A stretch of DNA of 38,447 nt. Source: Gemmatimonadota bacterium. GTDB taxonomy: Bacteria; Gemmatimonadota; Gemmatimonadetes; Longimicrobiales; Gaopeijiaceae. The notes beneath the pieces were generated by a model. It had not been told where the DNA came from and searched no databases. It worked only from the letters and a program-made list of their open reading frames with translations. Shown piece by piece: positions 1 to 8,704 of this stretch (positions within the stretch are counted from its first letter, which is position 1; each line of letters starts with the position of its first letter). The stretch is taken from assembly GCA_039589315.1 (NCBI GenBank), contig JBDHHQ010000069.1:1-38447 (forward strand), in the 5' to 3' direction. The translations under genes and the position numbers were made by a program.

Positions 1-28
1 TCGGGGTTCGAGTCCCTGGCGGGGCACT
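1..28 (+). tRNA. 3' part of a tRNA (T-arm and 3' acceptor strand), probably tRNA-Lys(CTT); cut by the window edge
   Basis: CGGGG-TTCGAGT-CCCTG forms a T-arm, followed by GCGGGGCAC. The second copy at 19795 extends upstream as TCTTCATCAGTAGGT, resembling the CTCTTAATCAG anticodon arm of tRNA-Lys(CTT). Confidence 0.65.
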
Positions 29-30
29 GG

Positions 31-65
31 GATCGGGACCGTCGCGATGCGCGGCGGTCCCGATC
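31..65. terminator. 16-bp GC-rich hairpin after the tRNA, probably a bidirectional terminator
   Basis: GATCGGGACCGTCGCG-ATG-CGCGGCGGTCCCGATC (one G-U pair), lying between the tRNA end and the convergent stop codon at 77. Confidence 0.65.
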
Positions 66-76
66 GTCGCTTGCAC

Positions 77-1915
77 TCAGTTCGGCTCGTAGACGACCTC
101 GCCCTTGAAGATCGTCCTCTGGACCTGGGTGTTGTGTATCTCGGTAGCCGGGATCTCGAAGAGGTTGTGATTGAGCACGATCATATCGGCGAATTTCCCC
201 TCTTCGATGGAGCCGGTGACATCGTCGATGCGCAGCGACCACGCCGAATTGATCGTGTAGGCCTCGATCACTTCCTCGAGGGTGAGGGCGTGCTCCTCAC
301 CCATAGGCGCTCTATCGGGCTTGCCCGCGAATCCCCTCGTGATCGCCGCTTCCATTCCGAACCAGGGCCACAGTGGTGCCGCTGGAGCATCGGTGTGGTT
401 GGCGAGGCGAACGCCCGAATCCCACCGCTCGCGATTGGCGTACATCTGGTTCCAGGTACCCGAACTCAGCACAGGCTGGATGCCATCGACGTTGTAACCC
501 ACCGGAGCGTTCAGCGGCGGCCAGATCGTGCAGCTCACGTCCAGCTCCACGAAACGCTGAAGATCATCGGGGTTGATGAGGCTGCAGTGGTCGATGTGGT
601 GCCGCAGGCGATTGTTCCCGTTCGCTCGAATCGTCTGTTCGTAGCCGTCCAGGATCATCCGCACCGACCCGTCCCCGATGGCGTGTGTCTTGACCTGGAA
701 GCCGGCCGCATCCAGCTCGGCGATGTACTGGGCGAACGCCCCCGGAGGGATCAGGGGGTCGGCGTTAGGGTTTTCGCCGGCACCTTCGGCGAGCTGGTCG
801 CCGGGCAGTGGACTCTCGACCGGCTCGATGTCCGTCGATTCGTAGCCATCGATCAGCGGTGCCGTGAACGATTCGATGCTTCCGTCCATGGCAAGCTTGA
901 CGCCCTTGTCGCCCGGTAGGTCGTACTCGTTCCACCACTCCTCGAGCGTCTCGATTGGCGTCAACTCGGCCGTGCCCAGGTTGCCCTTCAGGTAGACGTT
1001 GACGTGTTGGCGGATCTTTCCTTCCTGGTTCAGTTCCTGCCAGGCCTGCAGGTCGCCGTCGAACATCCCGACGTACGCCTCACCAAAGGCCGTCACCCCC
1101 TTCGCGAGCGCTTCATCCATCAGCTTGGAGAACGCGATCTTCTTGAGCTCCACGTCGAAGGGGGGGAGGGCAGCCAGCAATGGGTTCACGGCGCCTTCAT
1201 ACGCGCGCCCGGCAATGTCGCCGTCTTCCGTGCGGCTGAAGTAACCCTCGGGCGAGTCCTCGAAGTCAGGTGTGATCCCGGCAGCCTCCATCGCTCGCGT
1301 GTTGAACCATGCCTGGTGGCCCCCTGTTTCATCCTCGACATAGGCCGGCCGGTCGGGAATGAGCCGATCGAGGAACTCGCGCGTCAGCGTCTCGTCCGAC
1401 ATCGCAGGCGCCGTCCACCCCGCCGCGATGAACCACTCCCGGTCGTCGGGATAATTGGCGATGCAGTCCTCCAGGGCCGAGATCGTCTCCTCTTCGGTCG
1501 GCTCGTAGAAGGTCCCCGGAAGGCCACAAAACGCACGCTTCGGCATGACGAGCGCGGCGTGGATATGCGTGTCACCGATGCCCGGCATTACGAACGCTCC
1601 GGCCAGGTCGATGACCTCCGTGCTGGCGCCGGTCACCGCCTCGACGTCGGCGTTGGACCCGACGACGGTGAACCGGCCGTCCGCGATGGCAACGGCCTCC
1701 ACCCAGGCCTGACCTTCGTTCACGGTGTAGATGCGGCCGTTGGTGTAGACGGTGTCGGCAACGTCACCAGACGGCGGGGCCCCGCACCCTCCGACGAAGA
1801 GCACGAGCAAAAGGGGCAAGAGTGACCTGCGTTGCCAGGCTTTACCATGTGGGTCCTCCCTCTCGAATCGCGATCGATGCCTCTCTGGAATGCGCGGTGC
1901 CGAACAGGACGTCAA
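77..1915 (-). CDS. Amidohydrolase 3 family (YtcJ-like) lipoprotein; start uncertain, probably near 1820-1848
   Basis: Motifs NGRIYT, VMPGIGDTHIH, KTHAIGD, HHIDHC, HTDAP and GSIEEGKFADMIVL; hydrophobic leader ending VGGC. Confidence 0.9.
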   Translation of the reverse strand: MTSCSAPRIPERHRSRFEREDPHGKAWQRRSLLPLLLVLFVGGCGAPPSGDVADTVYTNGRIYTVNEGQAWVEAVAIADGRFTVVGSNADVEAVTGASTEVIDLAGAFVMPGIGDTHIHAALVMPKRAFCGLPGTFYEPTEEETISALEDCIANYPDDREWFIAAGWTAPAMSDETLTREFLDRLIPDRPAYVEDETGGHQAWFNTRAMEAAGITPDFEDSPEGYFSRTEDGDIAGRAYEGAVNPLLAALPPFDVELKKIAFSKLMDEALAKGVTAFGEAYVGMFDGDLQAWQELNQEGKIRQHVNVYLKGNLGTAELTPIETLEEWWNEYDLPGDKGVKLAMDGSIESFTAPLIDGYESTDIEPVESPLPGDQLAEGAGENPNADPLIPPGAFAQYIAELDAAGFQVKTHAIGDGSVRMILDGYEQTIRANGNNRLRHHIDHCSLINPDDLQRFVELDVSCTIWPPLNAPVGYNVDGIQPVLSSGTWNQMYANRERWDSGVRLANHTDAPAAPLWPWFGMEAAITRGFAGKPDRAPMGEEHALTLEEVIEAYTINSAWSLRIDDVTGSIEEGKFADMIVLNHNLFEIPATEIHNTQVQRTIFKGEVVYEPN

Positions 1916-1994
1916 GCGGCAGGCGGTGATCCGCTCCTCCTGGGCAGCGGGAAGGGCGCCGTTGGGCCGCTTTGTCGTACCCTAAAGGGCATCC

Positions 1995-2150
1995 TTACAC
2001 CGGGCTTCTTCCCGCGACTCCACCAAGCCCGCCGTCGTCGAGCGTCAGCTCCATCAGGGCTTCGCCCCAGATCACGTCGCCCTCGAACCGCTGCTGGACC
2101 TGGTGGACGATCCGCTCGCGTATGCCGGGTCAGTCGATCCCGGAGACAGG
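1995..2150 (-). pseudogene. C-terminal fragment of an RNase Z-like MBL-fold hydrolase
   Basis: Manual translation gives ID*PGIRERIVHQVQQRFEGDVIWGEALMELTL, resembling the G-x-V-I-x-G-E-D-L-M terminus of this family. It has an internal stop and no start. Confidence 0.45.
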
Positions 2151-2286
2151 CACAGGTCGTGGCGGAGATCGCCTCACACCAAAGTGAAACTTCTCGGACC
2201 TGAGCGTTGGTCTCGGCCCCGTGGCCCGAAGTCAGATCCGCCTTTGCACACTCTGTGTCAGTAGGATAACCGAACTTCCGTCGCCG

Positions 2287-2728
2287 GAGCCTTGCTACTC
2301 ACCAGGGGGCGAAGCGCCCCTCCGCCTACCGGTCGAGCCGGATCAACGCGTTCCCGAGCCCGGTCAGATACACCGGTCCCTGACCAGGTGATAGAATCAT
2401 CCCGGTAATCGCCCCGGGAGCGGGACTCCGCGGCGGCGGTGCCATCAACTGGAGCCCCGGCTCCCCTGCTTCACGCAGTGCCGTGATCTCAGCGATCGCC
2501 TGCTCGCTCTCGGGAGTGGAGACTCGGAAGACCGACTGGGTAGTGCTAGTGGCCGGGTCGTACACCACGACTTCGGTCCGGAGCGGCTGTGCCACCCAGA
2601 GGTGGCCCTGGTCGTCGAGTTCCACATTGTCTGGACCGCTCACTTGAAGGGCAACGGTGCGCTCAGTCAACGCGCCCGTCGGATCCATCCGGAACCGGAG
2701 CACCTGGTCGCCCATCGTTTCCGCTACA
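2287..2728 (+). repeat. ~440 bp direct repeat, copy 1
   Basis: GAGCCTTGCT...TTTCCGCTACA aligns nearly base for base with 11686-12126. Confidence 0.95.
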
Positions 2729-2815
2729 TAGAGCATCCCCGATGCTTCGTCGATAGCCAGGCCGTTGGCAAAGGCGAGTGTGTCCACCAGCTGTACGGCC
2801 GATTCCGCTCCGCCG
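2326..2815 (-). pseudogene. SMP-30/gluconolactonase family protein, C-terminal part only
   Basis: Motifs LAFANGLAID, LYVAET and GPDNVELDDQGHLWVA. The N-terminal blades are absent; the upstream in-frame sequence runs through the hairpin region downstream of the fasciclin genes. Confidence 0.8.
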
Positions 2816-2865
2816 CCGGTCGACCAGATGAAACGCGCGGTCGCGGAGGGGGGCTGAAACCAGAC

Positions 2866-2895
2866 GGGGTAGGGCAGCTTGCGCCACCCTACCCC
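2866..2895 (-). terminator. Hairpin downstream of the fasciclin operon
   Basis: GGGGTAGGG-N12-CCCTACCCC; a second stem CCCAATC-N6-GATTGGG lies at 2921-2940. Confidence 0.5.
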
Positions 2896-2961
2896 TTTCG
2901 GTGTTCCCCCGAGTCCAGAACCCAATCCCCGCCGATTGGGCCTGGGGTCTCAGGTTCCCAC

Positions 2962-4287
2962 CTACGCTTCCGGAATCAGGACCGTGTCGATGACGTGGAT
3001 GATTCCGTTCGTGGTTTCGACGTCGGTGATCAGCACGCTCGCGTCGTTGATCCTCACGGTGCCATCACCTTCCACGGCGATGCTCACATCCGTCCCCTGC
3101 AACGTGGTCGCCTTGTCCAGCGTCACCACCGTGGACGCCGGTACAGCGCCGCCGATTACGTGGTAGGTCAGCACACCGGTCAGTGCCGGGACGTCGGCAA
3201 GGAGGGCGTTGAGGGTCTCCGCCGGGATCTTGGCGAATGCGTCATCGGTTGGTGCGAGAACCGTGAAGGGTCCATCACCGCGGAGGGTCTCGGTCAGTCC
3301 GGCAACGTCGACGGCCGTGAGCAGCGTGCTGAACGACCCCGCGTCCGTTGCCGCATCGACGATGTCGAGAACCGGCTCGGGAAGCAGCACGTCCTCGATC
3401 ACATGGATCACGCCGTTGGTCGTGAGGATGTCGGTCGTGACCACGCGGATCCCGTCGAGGAACACCTCTCCGTTCTCGACCGTGATCGCGAGCTCCTTGC
3501 CGTTCACGGTCGTCGCGCTGGTCAGGTTGACCACGTCGGCCGCGCGGACGTCGCCGGCGACCACGTGATAGGTCAGGACCCGCGTCAGCAGATCGCTGTC
3601 GGCCAGGATGTTGCCCAGCTCCAGCTCCGACAGGTTGTCGAAGGCGGCGTCGGAGGGCGCGAAGACCGTGAAGGGGCCCTCGCCTTTGAGTGTCTCCGTC
3701 AGACCGGCGGCGTCGACCGCGGTCAGGAGCGTATTGAACGCCCCGGCGCTCTCTGCCGTCTCGACGATGTCGAGGACCGGCTCGGGCAGAAGCACACCCT
3801 CGAGCACGTGGACCACGCCATTCTGAGCGAACAGGTCAGTCGTCGTGACTCGGACGCCGTCGACGAACACCTCGCCGCCCTGGACTGCGATGGACAGCTG
3901 CTTTCCGTTCACGGTCGGCGCGCTCGTGAGGCTCACGACGTCACTGGCCGAAAACGATCCAGGCACGACGTGGTAGGTCAGGACGTCGGTCAGCGTGTTG
4001 ACGTCACCCGTGACCTTGTCCAGCGCCAACGAGCCGAGGCGGTTGAATGCGGCGTTCGTGGGTGCAAACACTGTGAAGGGTCCGGGTCCCTGCAGAGTCT
4101 CGACGAGACCGGCGCTCTGGAGCGCTCCGACCAGGGTCGAGAAGTCGGCCGAGCTCGTGGCGATGTCCACGACCGTTCCAGGCAGGGTCACGGGGGGCTC
4201 GGCGATGCCCTGATCGTCATCATCACTACAGGCGACCGTCGAGAGAACCAGGGCCGTAAGCAGCCCAATCGTGCGTGTCTTCAACAT
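2962..4287 (-). CDS. Lipoprotein with three tandem fasciclin (FAS1) domains
   Basis: Lipobox STVAC. Three repeats of G-x-GPFTV(F/L)AP(T/S)..AF, VLTYHV and NG(V/I)(V/I)HV. AGGAG RBS upstream of the ATG. Confidence 0.95.
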   Translation of the reverse strand: MLKTRTIGLLTALVLSTVACSDDDDQGIAEPPVTLPGTVVDIATSSADFSTLVGALQSAGLVETLQGPGPFTVFAPTNAAFNRLGSLALDKVTGDVNTLTDVLTYHVVPGSFSASDVVSLTSAPTVNGKQLSIAVQGGEVFVDGVRVTTTDLFAQNGVVHVLEGVLLPEPVLDIVETAESAGAFNTLLTAVDAAGLTETLKGEGPFTVFAPSDAAFDNLSELELGNILADSDLLTRVLTYHVVAGDVRAADVVNLTSATTVNGKELAITVENGEVFLDGIRVVTTDILTTNGVIHVIEDVLLPEPVLDIVDAATDAGSFSTLLTAVDVAGLTETLRGDGPFTVLAPTDDAFAKIPAETLNALLADVPALTGVLTYHVIGGAVPASTVVTLDKATTLQGTDVSIAVEGDGTVRINDASVLITDVETTNGIIHVIDTVLIPEA

Positions 4288-4326
4288 CTCGATAACTCCT
4301 GGTCATTGCTGGTTGTGGGTGGCTGA

Positions 4327-4803
4327 CTACAGCTTCGGGAGAATGACGGCGTCGATGACGTGAATGACGCCGTTCGATGCCTGGATATCCGTCGCGGTGA
4401 CGGTGGCGTTGTCGATCTTCACTTCGCCCATGTCGACCGTGATCTCGACGTCGTGACCCTGAACGGTGGTCGCGCTGGACAGCTCGACGACGTCGGACGC
4501 CATGACCCTGCCTGGAACGACGTGGTAGGTCAGGACCGCGGTCAACGCTTCCTTGTCGGCCAGGAGGGCCTGGAGGTCAGCGGCCGGGACTTTCGCGAAC
4601 GCCTCATCGGTCGGCGCGAACACCGTAAACGGCCCTTCTCCACGAAGGACCTCGACCAGCTCGGCGGCCTCGAGGGCCGTGATCAGCGTTGAGAAGGATC
4701 CGGCTTCGGCCGCGACGTCCACGATGTCCTGGGACTGCGCGTCGGGGGTGCTGACGAAACCGGCGGTCGCGATGGTCAGGGCTGCGATGATGGACTTGAT
4801 CAT
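4327..4803 (-). CDS. Secreted single-domain fasciclin (MPB70/Nex18-like) protein
   Basis: AAGGAG RBS before ATG 4803, signal peptide MIKSIIAALTIATAG, and motifs GEGPFTVFAPTDEAF, VLTYHVV, SNGVIHVID. Confidence 0.95.
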   Translation of the reverse strand: MIKSIIAALTIATAGFVSTPDAQSQDIVDVAAEAGSFSTLITALEAAELVEVLRGEGPFTVFAPTDEAFAKVPAADLQALLADKEALTAVLTYHVVPGRVMASDVVELSSATTVQGHDVEITVDMGEVKIDNATVTATDIQASNGVIHVIDAVILPKL

Positions 4804-4852
4804 TGGATGGACTCCTTGGTGAACTGCGTTCGTGAGCGATTGGTTGCCCGTG

Positions 4853-4912
4853 TGTACATCGATTGTATAATTAACGTGGGGCAACGATAAGAGTGTGTCA
4901 AGATGTTGTCAA
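4853..4912 (-). promoter_or_regulatory. Sigma70-type promoter of the fasciclin operon with CarH-type operator repeats
   Basis: Minus strand: TTGACA (4912-4907)-N17-TATCGT (4889-4884). A second TTGACA follows 11 bp on (4901-4896). TATACA (4869-4864) and TGTACA (4858-4853) are also 11 bp apart. Confidence 0.75.
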
Positions 4913-4921
4913 GATCGATAC

Positions 4922-4961
4922 TCTACAAAAGCTTGACATCACCCCTCAGGCGCAGTATTCG
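4922..4961 (+). promoter_or_regulatory. Promoter/operator of the first CarH-like gene
   Basis: TCTACA (4922) and TTGACA (4933) are 11 bp apart. TTGACA-N17-TATTCG ends 7 nt before ATG 4969. Confidence 0.6.
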
Positions 4962-4968
4962 TTCAAGT

Positions 4969-5700
4969 ATGAGCACGCATCAGGAGGGCATTCCGAGGCA
5001 CCCGATCCGGGTGGTCGCACGCAGGACCGGCTTGTCGCCGTCGGTCCTGCGGGCGTGGGACCGACGCTACCGTGTCGTGAGGCCGGGACGGTCGGAGGGT
5101 GGGCAGCGACTCTACTCCGACCGGGACATAGAGCGTCTATTCCTGCTGAAGCGAGCCAAAGAAGCCGACCGGAGCATTGGGCGAATCCCGAAGCTGAGCT
5201 TGGGCGATCTCTCGGAGCTGGTAGAGGAGGACGCTGACCTGGAGCAACGCGAGGCTCTTGCAGCGGCGACGTTTGGCCGAAGGCCTCCCGGCAGCGACAT
5301 GGTCGGCGGCGAGGTCCTGCTGGCCGAGGCGACTCAGTCGGTCGAACGGATCGACGCAAACGGTCTCGACCGTCAGCTCATGCGGGCCGCGGTCCTGATG
5401 GCCCCGCAGGCATTCCTTGGTCCCGACCTTCCTGCCGACGACGTCGCCTTCGCGGCGCGGCAGCTCGGCGCCGGCGCCGTGGCCCTCTCAGCGGTTCACC
5501 TACAGCTCGACGCTCAGGGCATCGGGGATCTCGCGATGCTCCTTCAGCTGCTTCCACCGGACGTTCGACTGTTCGTGGGCGGCGCGGCTGTAGAGGCGCA
5601 CCGTGCCACGATCGAGGCGATCGGCGGTGTGGTGTTGGAGAGCATGGACGAGCTGCGGGTGCGGCTCCTCGATGAGCACTCGGTCCGGCGTGCTTCATGA
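4969..5700 (+). CDS. CarH/LitR-like MerR-family regulator with an in-frame internal deletion (possible pseudogene)
   Basis: HTH motifs HPIRVVARRTG, LRAWDRRY and RSEGGQRLYS; C-terminal FLGPDLP, VALSAV and FVGG. The W-x9-EH and (E/D)xHxxG motifs present in the paralog are missing. Confidence 0.85.
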   Translation: MSTHQEGIPRHPIRVVARRTGLSPSVLRAWDRRYRVVRPGRSEGGQRLYSDRDIERLFLLKRAKEADRSIGRIPKLSLGDLSELVEEDADLEQREALAAATFGRRPPGSDMVGGEVLLAEATQSVERIDANGLDRQLMRAAVLMAPQAFLGPDLPADDVAFAARQLGAGAVALSAVHLQLDAQGIGDLAMLLQLLPPDVRLFVGGAAVEAHRATIEAIGGVVLESMDELRVRLLDEHSVRRAS

Positions 5701-6434
5701 AGCTGCTACGGCGGTCCAGGAGCCATCGCCAGTATGTCGCTGTCGTCGCCGTGCTGATTGCAGCTCAGCCGCCGGTCGGTGTCCGGGCGCAAGAGCCTGC
5801 CATGGCCGGTCCGGCACCGGGGTCGTTGCTCCTCACCGAGTCGCTGCGTCTCGACTATCGCGTCCTCGACGAGGACGGCCGTGACATGCTGACCGAAGGG
5901 ACGCTATCCATCGAGCCCGCAGGGGACGGAAGCCTGCGGACTGCGTGGAGGGCGAACGGGAGCTCGAAAGAGGCTGAGGACGCGATCCTCGACAGGCGAT
6001 TCGGGACGGTTTGGTGGCGGAGTCACTATCCTGACACCGGATACGACTTCGTTGGACAGCGGACCGGTGACACAGTGGTCGTCGAGGGACTCTTCGAGGG
6101 TCGGCCAGCGCGGAAGGAGCTGATCATCGACGATCGCCCGTTCTACTTCGATTGGAAGCTGGGGCTGGTGGACTTCGTCCGGTCGGGAGAAGACAAGCGC
6201 CAGTTCTGGGTTCTGCGGCCTGACAACCAGAAGATGTACGCATTCGAGGCGCGCCGCGAGGATATGGAGACGATTCTGGTCGCCGGTGAGCGGGTGCCGG
6301 CCGCCCGCGTCAACTGGGGCCTGACGGGCATCAGGCGACCTTTCTACCACGGTGACATGTGGTTCCGGGCCGAAGACGGTGTCTTCCTCAGGGGTGAGCA
6401 GGCTGGCCGGATCACCGAGCTCATCGCTCGATGA
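5697..6434 (+). CDS. Secreted hypothetical beta-rich protein (possibly DUF3108/DUF6134-like)
   Basis: ATGA overlap with the upstream stop; signal peptide ending VRA-Q; C-terminal ETILVAGERVPA...MWFRAEDGVFLR. Confidence 0.7.
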   Translation: MKLLRRSRSHRQYVAVVAVLIAAQPPVGVRAQEPAMAGPAPGSLLLTESLRLDYRVLDEDGRDMLTEGTLSIEPAGDGSLRTAWRANGSSKEAEDAILDRRFGTVWWRSHYPDTGYDFVGQRTGDTVVVEGLFEGRPARKELIIDDRPFYFDWKLGLVDFVRSGEDKRQFWVLRPDNQKMYAFEARREDMETILVAGERVPAARVNWGLTGIRRPFYHGDMWFRAEDGVFLRGEQAGRITELIAR

Positions 6435-6453
6435 CCGTAGTGGTGCGGCAGCA

Positions 6454-6492
6454 CGTACAACGGTTGTCCAGCCTGGATCCGACCGCCATTGT
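6454..6492 (+). promoter_or_regulatory. Putative promoter of the intact carH-like gene
   Basis: TTGTCC (6464)-N17-CATTGT (6487), ending 6 nt before ATG 6499. Degenerate hexamers CGTACA (6454) and TGTCCA (6465) are 11 bp apart. Confidence 0.35.
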
Positions 6493-6498
6493 AGACTC

Positions 6499-7455
6499 AT
6501 GACCGAGCCATCCACCGACACGCCCAGGCACCCGATCCGCGTCGTCGCCCGTCGAACTGGCCTCACCACGTCGGTTCTCCGCGCATGGGAGCGTCGCTAC
6601 GGTGTCGTAACCCCAGGCCGGTCCGAGGGGGGCCAACGCCTCTACTCGGACGCGCATGTCCATCGACTGACCATGTTGGCCCAGGCCATCGCTGCCGGTC
6701 GGAGCATCAGTCAGGTAGCGGTACTGACCGACGACGGGCTCTCGGATCTGCTCGAGGACGACGCACGGGTGCGTCCGCCGGCGCCACCCACTGCCCAGGG
6801 TCCCAGTCGTTCCGTGGCGGCGGACACCGTCCTGGCGGATTCCATCGCCAGCGTCGAACAGCTGGACGCCTCGAGGCTGGAGAGCCAGCTGATGAAGGCG
6901 GCCGTGCTATTGAACCCGGCGACCCTGATCGACGACGTCGTGCTACCGTTGCTCGAACGGATCGGACTGCTGTGGGAGCACGGAGTCGTGGGTCCGGCGA
7001 CTGAACACGTCGCGTCTGTCACTGTCCGGAAGTTCCTGGACTGGCTTCTAAGGGCGACCGACGTCGAGGACGGCGCGCCAGGGCTCGTTTGTGCGACGCC
7101 GTCGGGCCATCGGCATGAGTTCGGCGCCCTGATCGCGGCCGTGTCCGGGGCCTACGCCGGGTGGCGAACCACGTTTCTCGGCGCGGACCTGCCTCCTGAG
7201 GAAATCGCGGCTGCGGCCGGTCGGGTCGGTGCTTCCGTCGTCGCCGTCTCGGCCGTCTTCCCGATCGACGATCCCACCCTCCCCAATCAGATCTCTCGTC
7301 TGGTCACCCTGGCCGCTCCCGGCACCCGTATTCTGGTTGGCGGCCCGGCGGTGCTGAGCCAACGCGAAGACGTCGCGGGAACCGGTGCGGTCATCCTGGA
7401 GAATCTCGCCGAGTTCCGCGACGTGCTTTCGAGTCTGCGGACCGGCCAGGGCTGA
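6499..7455 (+). CDS. carH: Cobalamin-dependent MerR-family photoreceptor/repressor (CarH/LitR)
   Basis: HTH with LRAWERRYG and RSEGGQRLYS; W-x9-EH (WEHGVVGPATEH); B12 motif PSGHRHEFG; FLGADLP, VAVSAV and LVGG. Confidence 0.9.
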   Translation: MTEPSTDTPRHPIRVVARRTGLTTSVLRAWERRYGVVTPGRSEGGQRLYSDAHVHRLTMLAQAIAAGRSISQVAVLTDDGLSDLLEDDARVRPPAPPTAQGPSRSVAADTVLADSIASVEQLDASRLESQLMKAAVLLNPATLIDDVVLPLLERIGLLWEHGVVGPATEHVASVTVRKFLDWLLRATDVEDGAPGLVCATPSGHRHEFGALIAAVSGAYAGWRTTFLGADLPPEEIAAAAGRVGASVVAVSAVFPIDDPTLPNQISRLVTLAAPGTRILVGGPAVLSQREDVAGTGAVILENLAEFRDVLSSLRTGQG

Positions 7456-7641
7456 TTCCCCCGGCGGGGTCGAGCTGGCGTAAACCTCCCTCTTCGTAGC
7501 CTGACCCCATCGCGCGCGGTGCCTCCGGGGCGTCCCCGTGCGTCGGGGAACGAGCCCTCGTCGCCCCTTACGACAACGCTCGCTTCCGCGGATCCCGCCC
7601 TTACGTGTGCGGAACTCTCCTGCCGGATTGTAAAAGATTCG

Positions 7642-7681
7642 TCTACATATCGATTCATAGAATCTATACAACCGCTTGACA
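7642..7681 (+). promoter_or_regulatory. CarH-type operator repeats and -35 element upstream of the P450 remnant
   Basis: AT-rich patch with TTCATA (7654), TATACA (7665) and TTGACA (7676) at 11-bp spacing, plus TCTACA at 7642. Confidence 0.65.
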
Positions 7682-8704
7682 ATACTGGGCGCCACGATCC
7701 TGGGACCGGCTGCGGGCTCGCCCGAGCGTCGCGACCAGCTCGTCCTCGTGACCGAAACGGTGCTGGAGCACGTCATGGCACGCTCACGGTCACTGGGCTT
7801 CGTTCCCGGTTTCTTGCCGACGCGCAGCAACGTCCGCTACGTGACAGCGCTGGACACCCTGGACCGCGCGATCCACGACGCAGTCCACGATGCACGAAAC
7901 GGCCGGGGTACTGGACCCCTGCTCGATATGGTGGTCGAGGGCGGGCCTCACGCCATCGAGCTGACGAACGCTCAACTCCGAAACGAGGTCGTCACGTTCT
8001 TCATCGCTGGTCACGAAACGGTGGCCAGCGCACTGACCTGGACCTGGTATCTGCTGGCGAAGAACCCTGCCGTGGCCGAGCGCGTCCGTCGCGAGGCCAC
8101 TGCGACGCTCGCCGCTCGAGCCCTCGAACGCGTCGACCGGGGCCCCGCACGGGCAAGCGCGTGTCCAGTGAAGATGGCCCCGGTTGGGCCCATTCGGGAT
8201 GCCCGGGAGCGGTGTTTCGATACGTCGCCCCCGTACGAGCATGCCGTCTTCCAGGAGGCGCTCAGGCTGTACCCACCGGCCTGGGTCGCGACTCGGAGGG
8301 CCAAGGTCGACGACGAGATCTCAGGCGTCCCCATTCCCCGCGGCTCACTCGTGATCGCAAGCCCCTTCGCAACACACAGACTCGCCGACGTGTGGGAGAA
8401 CCCCGATGAGTTCGATCCCGAACGGTTCCGGGCGGCGAATGGAGCCCGTCAGGACCCGTTCGCCTACTTCCCGTTCGGTGGCGGGCCTCATCTCTGCATC
8501 GGCAGTCATTTTGCGCTGATCGAGGGCGCGGCGGCGCTCGAAGTCCTGGCGTCACAGTTCCAACTCGAGCTCGTGGACGAGGACCCGGTGCTCGAAGCTG
8601 GCGTCACGCTTCGACCGAGGGGCGGTCTGCGCATGCGCCCCGTACCCCTCGACCAACCGGCGCACCGACCCGCAGCACACTGTGCCGCCTCGATTCCCAC
8701 CTGA
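7676..8704 (+). pseudogene. Cytochrome P450, N-terminally truncated
   Basis: I-helix AGHET, EALR (ExxR), FDPERF and heme motif FGGGPHLCIG are present. The ORF is only 342 aa, begins at an E-helix-like segment and has no RBS. Confidence 0.8.

Noticed and set aside
2155..2175. DLRH on the minus strand as a tyrosine integrase remnant
   Set aside because: Four residues with no other integrase motif around them.
2602..4326. Long antisense ORFs (also 26997-29006, 34776-36389, 16076-17464, 8506-9918, 47-919)
   Set aside because: They are shadows of well-supported genes on the opposite strand, typical of high-GC codon bias, with no motifs of their own.
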